Source: Macrostomum hystrix | Taxonomy: Eukaryota; Animalia; Platyhelminthes | Direction of reading: 5' to 3' | NCBI GenBank assembly: GCA_950097015.1 | Contig: CATNEN010000025.1 | Coordinates: 2,108,001 to 2,172,000 of the forward strand | DNA length: 64,000 nucleotides | In this document: positions 10,806 through 20,712 of the stretch, piece by piece | How positions within the stretch are numbered: position 1 is the stretch's first letter | Layout: every line of letters starts with the position of its first letter | Program-made: the position numbers and the translations under genes | The notes under the pieces: generated by a model | What the model was told of the DNA's origin: nothing | The model's database searches: none | Seen by the model: the letters and a program-made list of their open reading frames with translations, nothing else

Positions 10806-13576
10806 AGCGATTCAAGATTTTATCTGTAATTATTTCTCCTTTTGGCTTAATTTTACTCGCGACTTGTACCCTTTTCTTTGTTTTTTTACATTTCTGTGCG
10901 GCCGGTAAATATTTGTTTCGCAACAAAAAATATTTTTACTGTTTTTGAAATTGATTTCAATTAAAAAATATAAGCACCCTTTGGTGGCTTGTGCTATAAT
11001 ACTAATCGTTTTGAGTTTCAGCGTTTTAGATCAGTCCCTCGAAATTAAATGGCTTGAAATCTATAGTCAGTCCATAGAAAACAACGAGCAATAGACCGAA
11101 CTCAAATATTTTAAAATCGAATTGCTTAAGATTTCATCGTCCGAAGGCTAATCAATGGAAGTCTGATCACTTAAAATCTTTCAATAAATTCAAAAGCAAA
11201 TTATAATCGCTTGAATCTCGAATCTCAAACAATATTCTTTTTATTTACAGTATATTATAATCGAAGCTAAAAGCTAACACTGCTCAAAATTACCTTGTGA
11301 AAATGCATGTATCTATATACGAGCGTAGTTTCTCGCAAAAGTTGAATTTCTTTAACTAGAGACCAGAGAATTAATTGGTACCATTGTACGGCGTTAATTT
11401 GAATAAGTGAATTAGATCAGTAGTTCTGCTCAAAAGCATGCATGCTGGATTCGGTTTAAGTTAGATTTTTAGATTAGGGTGAGGGTAATTAAGCTGGCTT
11501 TTTTATTATCAGATTTTTAGTAACAGCGCCAATGTAATTTGTCGTGAGCGCTGGATAAATGACCTAAATAAACATGCTCAAGTTTCACTCACAGGCAGTG
11601 CAGATGTAGGCACTTTGAACAGCTGAGAACCGGGATCATCCTCTGCACCCAGGCTAGTCAGTGCATTCTGTCGACGCTTGGCTCTGCGAAGGTCGAGCAT
11701 TGATCAAACTTGCTGCAGTTTCTGTATGTGCTATAATGTAAAATCTGCCAAGAAAATATCGAAACAGCGACTCTGATTTAAATATGATTATGGCTAATAT
11801 GCATAGCAACAGCTGCTGATCTGGGGCTATAAACTAAATCTTAGGTGAGCAGTTATAACAGGATAGCGCTCAATTATGGCCTGGGCGAGCCAAGAATCTC
11901 TCGAAAATGCGCGGGTCGCGCGGAATTATGGGTGCGTGAAGGCAGCACATGTGACTCGATTGCAGCTCTACCACACGGCGCCTAATGCAATGCTAAAGCT
12001 AGCAGCATAGCGGACTCTGTTGATCGAGTTGACTGCATTGCGATTTGAGTATTTATATTAACTACACCTAGCGGCCAAGCTTTTATTATACTAGCTGCTG
12101 GCGGCAAAGTCAGAGATTCTAGATCCTCAAGAGCAAATACTGTTTCGCGCTGCCACTGGCTCTCTTTCAAAATCATTATACTCGCACAAGTCACTTGGCA
12201 ACTTGGCTGACAGTGCACATACGGTAGCCGTCATGGTACGAGCACACTTCCATTATGGCTGTTCATGCAGTAGGCGTCTCCATGCATTATGTGCTACATG
12301 TACAATTTGCCAGAAAAATACGAGTATAGAGCTGCATGCATATAGTTTCATGCTGCTATGCGCTACACTATGGTCATATCAAACGCTATAAATAAATCGC
12401 CATGACTCTTGTGAGAGATACAATTCAGACTACTGACAACAGTAGAAAAGCAAAGACTTGGCTGCAAAACTCTCACATAACACTAAAAAAAATATCGCCA
12501 TAAAATGGCAAGCTTAAAACAGACTTCTGTGCACACAAGACTGGTGAGAGAGGACTGCGTGTGGCTATGGCTGACTGACGAAGGCAAACAAGCAAGAAAC
12601 CGGTCTCGGTCTGCCAGCGCGAGGTTCGTTCCCCACTTTTAGTGTGTTACAACTCTGATTGGAAAGCAATATTTGAAAATGCATGTATATAAACGCACCA
12701 ACCGTCACAAATATTGCTGCAAAATTATATAGAGTATAGAGTTCACGGTCGACAGACCAGTCGAATGGTGGGAATATAGGAAATCGGGCTAACAAATGTA
12801 AACATTTAACTATACGAGCACATGCACGCTTGGCATGGTATTTGCAGCTCCTTACGTAAACGCATATAACTACTAGTTATTGAAGGTATGTACTCGTACA
12901 TTTGTCTGAAGCATGTACACATGCAGTTAACAATTATTTTATAACTAGTACGCTCGTATAAAGACTGCACTTTAAAATAAATTATAAATGAAGACTGGAA
13001 GACGGAAGGGGGATTTCACAAGCTCGAAATTTCACGTCGAAAGCACATTTCTTCACAACACCGAAAGCTCAAATAGCGGCCACTTTCAACAGGTCGATAT
13101 TTTCTATTTGACGTCCTTTGCTATGGAGTTTTCGATGTTTTAAAGTTTCGACCTTTTAAAATGCTCGTAATTTGCTTTTCCGATGTACGTTGTGAAATTT
13201 CGAGCTTGTGAAAGCAACTTCAACCTACATGTAACTGTATCCTACTTGAAGTGCGAGTCGAGTCGATCTGCATGTCTCGTTTGGTTCGTGAAGGATGATC
13301 AGAGTAAAGCACCCTGCTCAATATTAATTGGTCGAGCGTACTTAATATAACTTGTTTTACTCGTAGTTTATACCATTATGTGAGTATGTTCGTATATGCC
13401 TAAGTACGGACTACAGTACAGTACTTTACAGTAGTAATTAATTCTCTAGGACTGCATCGATGACAAAGTAGGAATATCAGCACGCCAAAAAATTGTTGAC
13501 TAAGCTTATAAGAGACTATTGGAAGTCTGCTTGATATGCTCATCATAGTAATACGACCTTACGGCTAGCGTGTGTA

Positions 13577-13720
13577 GGGGAGCTTGTAGCCTGGTGTTTA
13601 GAGCTTCGGACTTTTGACCGAGAGGTCTGGAGTTCGAACCAATTTTAACCAAGTTCGAACCAAGCCTAAGGGAAACAATTTTGAGTCCTTAAGTAAGACA
13701 CTTAATCCCCATTAGGTTCA
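13577..13720 (+). mobile_element. tRNA-derived SINE head plus conserved GTCCTT..GTAAGACACTT motif
   Basis: A-box-like tagcctggtgtttagag, B-box gagttcgaacc (13630-13640), then gtccttaagtaagacactt (13685-13703). The same motif occurs in reverse orientation at 54557-54575. Confidence 0.65.
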
Positions 13721-14169
13721 TTTCACCAGCAGTAAAATAGGTACAAGCATCAGCTAAGGTAGACGTTTGGGTGGGTGTGGCGCACTCTCCGGTCAAAGGA
13801 CTGACGCTGTACACAGCTTTCGGAATCAGTCGCAATAGCTTCGGCTGTGCCATTGGCAGTACATTAGGGCCTAATCGAATTATACTAAAATATTTCGGGG
13901 CAGACGGATGAATAAAATCTGTAAATACTTTGATCTTGTTTCTAAAAAATAAATGTTTTCGTTCAAATGTAATTATTTTTATCAAAGTGTATTGTGCAGC
14001 TGGTTCGAACGATATGAACAGTTTCAATTTTTTTAATTTGAAAAAATCGATTTAAAATTCGTTTTGTTAATTTAGGCAGACTTTGCTCATCTGTTGTTAT
14101 GAAGCTTTCTGTTTAGTACTTCAGAAAGCAGTGTATTTTTTATTACTGCATCACAAGCACGCAGCAGGT

Positions 14170-17100
14170 TTACTTCTTGGCCCCATCTGTTGGCAACGGA
14201 GCGTCCCAGCCCCAGTCAGGATGAATGCGGAAGTGGCCGAAGCCGGCGTCGCCAGGCGCTGTTTTAGTAGAAAAATGCGAGGCCCTACAATTGCCCCGGC
14301 TAGTGTCCGGATTCGGTGGCAGGTGATGCCAGGTCGTGTGCATCCAACGATTGGCGCGAGTGTTCGGCGACAGTAGGCGAACGTGACGCAGCGGCGACGG
14401 AGCCTGTTGGTCCGCGGCAGACGCGGCCGCAACCTGACTGAAGTACATGGTAAATATGCGGTATCCGCTTAAACTACAACGTCTCTGTGGATGCCACGGT
14501 ACAGGGCATAATAGAGGCGTGGAATAGGTGTTGGTTAGTCATTTTAAATGTCTCGAATTAGCGACTCCAGTACAACTAAAGGCGTCAAAAGGTTCGCGGA
14601 GACCGCTCTAACGACTCTGAGAAGCGTATGTAATGCAATACCGATTTCATCGCTTTTATCGTTATCGGATGGGTTAAGGCATAAAGCATTTTTTAATAAT
14701 TTTTCGCAAATTGCTAAAAATTTACACCGCTAAGTAAGGAGCTAAAACTAACTTTTCTTACGAAAGCTTTTTAGAACGATGCCGTATTTGTAATATAAAT
14801 ATAAATATAAATATAAATGTAAATATAAATATATAAATATGCCGTATTTGTATTAAAAGTATTAAAACAATTAGTTAGTACTAACATATATAAGCAAATG
14901 AACGTGAAAGCAAATCATGAAAGCTTAAGTTAAAGTTCAATATCTGCAGGACTTCTAATAAGCTAGCATATGCCAGCTAGCATTTTCAAGGCTTACTCTT
15001 GTCGTGGTAACGGTCGAACACGAGCAGCCTGCTGCTGCGGCCGTGGAGCCGCCTTTGTGTCAGAGCCTGTACTAGCTTGGTTTGTAGCTTTCTTTGGCGA
15101 CCGCTTCTGCTTTGATGGAGTTGCTGCAATATGTAAAAAAGCACAGGAGCCAAATTTTATATAAAGAATATATTCTCGTATGGGTATTTTATTAAATCAA
15201 AATTGTGACGATATGCTTGAATCTTAAAATGCGTTTGAGAATGTGACAGTACGAGTATGTAATATAAGCTGTTGCCTCGATTGACTATTGCCTAAACACT
15301 CATTTACAGTAGAAAACCTAAAGGGGGTATTTCAAATACCTACATTTGTCTTTTGTATCTTCTAAAATACTCAATTAATCTCCACGAAAATCTAGGACAC
15401 GGGCTAAAAGTTTCCGCTCTATCGGATGAAACAACTTCCAGAATCACAAAACATCGGCATCATCGAGATATTCGAACGAACGTCGGGGTGTCTGGTGTAA
15501 AAAAACTCTAATATAGACATAGTTTTCTGCTTATAAATTTTTACAATGTAGCTACGAGTATCTCGGCTACTATTGTTGCCTATATATTTGTTTTTTTATT
15601 GAACCAATATGGAATCGCTATAGAAGTTTATACAGAGAAACGTTGGTTGTCCTTGTCGCCAGGGTCTTCGACAAGAATGGCAAAGCTTTAGACCTTAAAG
15701 CTTAGGGATCAAAGGCAGACACGTCTTCGGCGGGGTCCTACCCTCGGCCTGGCCGAGGCCAAGATCTGCTACTCACCCTAAACGGCCCAACTGGATCGTT
15801 TCCCTGGAAAGAACGGCGCTCAGCTCAACCTTTTCTTCATTTTTTCGGCTCCGAACCAGGCTAGGCCGGCAATCCTGGTCTGCCTGCTTCTCATCAGAGC
15901 CGGCATCGAATCCAACCCAAGGCCCTGGCCCTGCGGCGCCCGTAACAGGAACATCACTAAATCTAACGGCTCCGTTGCCTGCAGCTCCTTCCACAATCGG
16001 CTCCACCTTAAACGCAGCACTCTTAAGAAGCTCAACGACTGGACTCCTAGTTGGACAGTAACTGGACATTGGCCACAGTCTAGTTTCGACTCCACACGTC
16101 GGCTCTCTTCCCATCAGCATCGTCACACCCGCCATTCCTCCGTCTTCGCCTTCATCTCCACCATTCGCCTCGCTCTTCGCTTCGCCATTGCTCATCTCAT
16201 GGCTCTTCTGCTCAGCTCGTCCCAGCTCCTACGAGCGCCGACTATGAACTTCAATTTTTGCAATTTAACGCAAACGGCCTCCTTTGCAAAGGAGAGGAAA
16301 TTCTTACTTTCCTTTAAAATCACAACATAACGGTCGCTGCTATTCAAGAAATTAAGCTTCGTACATCCAGCCATCTTAACGTCCACGGTTATAAGATAGT
16401 TCGCCAAGACCGCACGAGGAACAAGGGAGGGGCCTCTGCTTCCTTATCTGTCACGGCATTTTCTTTCACAGAAAATGCATCGTCAAGAACTGCTGAAGAT
16501 CCTGCAGAGAAGCTCAGCGTGACGATCGCCATTGGACAAGACGAGATTCAGCTTCACAACTTGAACGTCCCGCCGGCCAGCTCCGTCTTGAGTCCGACAC
16601 CATACGCAGCACAGACCCTAAGTCCGCACGGATCGCAGAGTTGCAATCTGAGATGGACAGGATTTGTCATGTTAAACGCAGAGAAACTTGGGTCGACACC
16701 CTTGAATCCTTCAGCATCAGAAAAACATCAAGGAACTTTGGCTTACCGTCATGTCCCTCAGAGGCAAAAGTCGGAACCCATCCACAAATGGCATCTCTTA
16801 CTTATAAGTTCCTTACGAACCCGAAAGACATTGCCAATGCCTTTAACAAGAAATTTTTCGACGTTAAACACCCGACAAGATGTCAGTGATAGGAAGCTCT
16901 GGCGCGAAATCAGGTCGTACAACAACGCGAACAATCCTTTTATTTCCATTCATGACGTTTCGAAAGCCATTCAGTCCCCATCCAAAGCTCTGGGCCCGGA
17001 CGGCCTCTGCACGGTGTATCTTAAACACCTGGGACCTCGCGCCTTTATCTTCCTCTACTGCCTTCTCTTTAATGTCTCTTTAGTTTCGTCGATCATTCCT

Positions 17101-17568
17101 TCCACCTGGATCTCGGCCGAAGTCATCCCGCTTCCCAAGGCGGGGGGATATACCTGAACATTGGCTCAGGGTATCGCCCCATCTACCCCGTGTTCGCCCC
17201 ACCTGCCCGAGGTGCAATTCCGCGGATGAGACAGTTGGAAATCTCTTCAACTGGACCCTGCTTTGCCCACCGATCTCACACATACACACACGCATACAAA
17301 TCGCTGAATATCTCGACGATGCTGAATCTGACGGCTTTGAAATATGAAAATTAGTCTTTCTACTACTGTTAAGCAGTAAACATATTAAATTATTAAAACC
17401 AAAAAACTCACCAACAGGCTGCGCATCGCCCACAGTGCCGCTGAAATGTTGAAGAAAATCCTCTCTGAGCTGTTGACGACGTTGCTCAACATCGGCCGCT
17501 GGTTGAGGCGACGGTTGCCGCCAACGAAGAAATACAGTTGAGTCAATCTCCGAAGAGCAGGCTGCCAT
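14170..17568 (-). CDS. Three-exon 183-aa protein of unknown function
   Basis: Exons 17412-17568 (Kozak-like cACCATGG), 14997-15123 and 14170-14437. Introns are GT-AG with phases 1 and 2, total 552 nt. Sequence: MAACSSEIDSTVFLRWRQP...ATPSKQKRSPKK...RLLSPNTRANRWMHTTWHHLPP...GDAGFGHFRIHPDWGW...*. Confidence 0.7.
15705..15770 (+). ncRNA. Candidate HDV-like self-cleaving ribozyme at the 5' end of the LINE
   Basis: Manual fold: P1 GGGAUC(15705-10)/GGUCCU(15734-39) with a G1.U wobble; P2 GGCAGA(15714-19)/UCUGCU(15765-70); P3 ACG/CGG (one mismatch); L3 UCUUCGG; P4 CCUCGGC/GCCGAGG (15742-58); J4/2 G-C-C-A-A with putative catalytic C15759. Confidence 0.6.
15705..17297 (+). mobile_element. Degenerate, internally deleted non-LTR retrotransposon (I-group, Ingi/Vingi-like): 2A-like peptide, PHD, APE endonuclease, RT N-terminus, CCHC remnant, CA-rich tail
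   Basis: 2A-like LLLIRAGIESNPRP (15884-15925) is followed by a PHD remnant. APE: LQFLQFNANGL...FL*NHNITVAAIQEIKL...GYKIVRQDRTRNKGGGLCFL (from 16249, one in-frame stop). RT start: KALGPDGL...LKHLGPRA...LFNVSL...IPSTW.SAEVIPLPKAG...GYRPS (about 16980-17185). This jumps directly to TCPRCNSADETVGNLFN (about 17205-17250). Frameshifts and stops occur throughout. Confidence 0.85.
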
Positions 17569-20086
17569 GGTGATGCTTAAGCTTTAAAGGTAACACAGGA
17601 GATTGCTACCAGGGTTGGGACGGCCCTGTGTCTAGACAGGCAGCTCTATAAGAAATTTCTTGAGCACTTGAGAAATCGCTGGCCCTCGCCGCGTTTTATT
17701 CTTTCCTGCGCCGTTCACTTCGCGCATAGTTCTTTTGGTTGCACTGTACCAACTGGCTCTCTTACATCTCGCACCAATTACAATTAAAACCGGGGATGGA
17801 TTGTTATAAATGCACAAGCAAAGCGGCGTGGGACACACTGGCGCCGAAATTGCAGCGGCCCCACTGGCCTGTCCAATATTCCTTACTTTCTTTACAGTTT
17901 GAAGACTGGACAACCAAGAGCTGCTGGAAAAACATTAGCTGCTGTACCAACCGCGAATAAGTATGCATTCATTATCTTAAATTTCCCTTATTTAATGCGA
18001 GTTAGAAGATGATTTGATCGTCGAGAAGAAAGACTGAAAATTGTACGAGTATGTTGCACCACATTTTAGCCACTTATTGAGACCCAGTTCATTAGAGAGA
18101 AAAACCTCTTGACTGTGATTACTAATCTCCACAAATGACACCGAACTGTACAGAAAGCTATTTTAGTGCATAGAATAGGTAAAATTCTAAAATAGCACAT
18201 GTACACTGTGAATTCTCAAGACAACTAGATTGAAGGTGTGCCACCTTAGCAGGTCGAAGTGCATTAATTGCTCAATATTTCGAAATTATTTTTTACTTCT
18301 GATCATGTCACCCAATAAAATGAACAAAAAACCATTGTAAATATTCCAAAACTTAGCGGCCTTTGTACTGAGGATACTCACTGAAGCACTTTAATAGAGC
18401 AGACTACTGCATCATTGACTCCTGTATTAAAATCTTGATGAGCGCTAATATCTCCTTGACTGACTGACAGCCGAATGTGGGACCCACATATGGAGGGAGA
18501 GGGTGAATTTTTGTTTTTATTAGGGAACAAAATAAACAAAATCAAAACAGCGGGAGGGAGCGCGGAGAATCGGAGAGTGAGAGAGACAGTATGAGATCTA
18601 TCTACCGATCTATCTATGCCCATCTGTCAAAAAACGTAAAACATAATTAAAGGAAAGATTTATCCAAACAGCACTTGTTTTGTACATGCAACAACACGAA
18701 TGGGCAGACACACATTAGCAGTGCCATCAAGCCACGTTACCATATATTATGTTGTGTTACTTCAGTACGTAGGGTATAATTAATGGGACTGATAACATAT
18801 CTGTTATTTCCTAAGCAACGTATCTTTAAAATGCATATAATAAATCTACTAATGTTACGTTGCGAGAATGTACTAATGTACCAGCGATTATTGACACTTT
18901 CATATAGTACAAAATTAGGATTGATGATGACAGACTGAAATGCGTTGCACTTTAAAAAGTACTCGCCCACTTCAAAGTACGCACTTTAAATGAATACCAG
19001 AGTACTCTATTGCTACGCCCTTAAAGAGTACCAGAGTACGAGTACTTAAGAGTGCTCAAAGAGTACACTGTGAAAACACTGCCTTAAACAGAAACTGGGT
19101 TCGAGGAACGAAGACAAGTACTTTACTTTTAATTAACAAAAAATATATAAAAGCAGCGAGATGAAGCCCGGATTAGCAATGTGTTGTATGTTGTAGCCTT
19201 CCTTTAGGCTAGTTCGGGACGCTCACACTCTACCTCGCTCGTCGGTAGTCTCAGGAAGGTGGCGGCCTTAACAGGATCAGTCCAGAGGTTTTCTAACGTG
19301 ATCTCCGTAGGCCTGGCATTGCATCTGAAGAGGTGTGAAGTGGTGTAAAATTTTACTAATTTTACTGACTAGGCCCCAATGCTATATTGGCCATGCTACT
19401 ATCCACCTGTACACCTAGTACTATTAACTTTGTCAATAACAAAACTGCTAATTTGCCTTTGCTTATATTGTTGCTTAGGCATCTCATCCAATGATATCAA
19501 ATAGGCCTAGGCCTACTGATAGTGGCACAACTAGGACACTAAATTTTCAAGGCACCATATTATATTGTCATATTACACCATTATAGCTGTTTAAAAAGGA
19601 ACAAACAAAGATAGTTAGGCTTAAATATCATATTGTCTATATTATTATTATAAAAACAAAGCATAGGCCCTATGGAAATATAATGCTTCTAACTTTAACA
19701 TTATAATCATTTATAGTCTTAAATCTAAAATGGATTGTTTAATTTTTTTTTCTTCATTTGTGTATTATTTATTATTCATTTTGTTATTAAAAACAGCTGT
19801 GTTATAATTGTTGTTAATGTGATTCCAAATCACAACAACAAAAAGTGCAATTTAAACAGGCAAATATACTTTCTTAATGCTAAACACTAGTTTGGTAAAT
19901 GTTAGGAGTAGGCTTTTCAAAATATTTAGCTGCATACTTTAATTGTTTTTATTGTCTAATTAGCACTTAGACTAGGCCAAATAAATCAATTTCTACAAAT
20001 ATTTATATATTTATGAAGTATACAGCATTTTCCTTAGCTAGCCTCTTTGCTCTAATCCTTATATATTGATTTTCAGCTGTTTATTC

Positions 20087-20712
20087 ATGTCGACTCCCAG
20101 CCCCACTGCTCAAGACAGCCTGCTTCGGGCTGTACTTCTCAGCACTAAGAATGGTGTCCGACTATGCGAGCTGCAGGCCCAGTACAGGGCCCTGGCCGGG
20201 CACGCCCTCGATCTGGCTGGACATGACAATGTGACTTCACTAATGCGCAGCTTGCCTAATGTAGGTACATCCACCTAGTGAATGGCGAGTTAGTCGCATT
20301 TGGTCGAGAAACAGAGGAGACAAGCCACATCTGCTCGCTTATCCAGCGACAGAGAACAGGTGGTGCCAACCAAGGCGCTAGTCGAGGTGGTGGCGCTTTT
20401 TGATCGCAGAGCTTTGGCCAGCGCGCACTCCAGCAGGAGAAGCTTCACAGTCGCTATAAACTGCGCTACACTACTATTCAGTCTTCTCGGAGCCAAGATG
20501 AGAACGCCAACTATTATCAGTCTGATTATAAGCAGCAGCGGCAGCGGGTCTGTCTGTCTGTTATCAGAGTCGATGAGGAAAGCGACGAGGAGTTGCCCTG
20601 TCAGTTGGTGCGCCTTGGCAAGGCCAACACTGGCAGCCTGCGTGTCACCATCAGTAACGATAGGCACATTGTGGACCGGTCTAGCAATGGCCGCTGGCCA
20701 GTCAGGGTCTAA
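20087..20712 (+). pseudogene. Single LOTUS (OST-HTH) domain gene, TDRD5/TDRD7-like extended LOTUS, with a -1 frameshift and a premature stop
   Basis: LLRAVLLSTKNGVRLCELQAQYRALAGHALDLAGHDNVTSLMRSLPNV, then a shift at about 20262 to RYIHLVNGELVAFGRETEETSHICSLIQRQR (the T.HI..L...Q helix typical of extended LOTUS). An in-frame TGA lies at 20401-20403, and the frame then continues open to TAA 20710-20712. Confidence 0.7.

Larger units (their letters stand above)
15307..17368. mobile_element. CAGTAG...CTACTG inverted-repeat element (MITE/foldback-like), interrupted by a LINE
   Basis: Termini ttta|CAGTAGAA (15307) and CTACTG|ttaa (17368). The reverse complement of 15307-15681 is colinear with 54229-54552. 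The internal motif acaagaattgctgaatatctc (intact at 3340-3360) is split by the LINE into acaagaatggc (15671-15681) and acaaatcgctgaatatctc (17296-17314). Confidence 0.6.

Noticed and set aside
13577-13645. tRNA genes (also 54580-54657 and 42040-42100)
   Set aside because: A/B boxes are present, but there is no complete cloverleaf or acceptor stem, and a SINE body follows.
11580-13870. Scattered exon-like pieces on the minus strand (11590-11650, 11982-12218, 13760-13870)
   Set aside because: No phase-consistent model or recognisable domain could be built.
15773-16407. Minus-strand ORFs 15773-16195, 15820-16095 and 16192-16407
   Set aside because: They are antisense shadows of the LINE 2A/PHD/APE frames.
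19140-19350. GC-richer island with faint U3 snoRNA-like words
   Set aside because: Boxes A/C'/B/C/D could not be placed in the right order and spacing.
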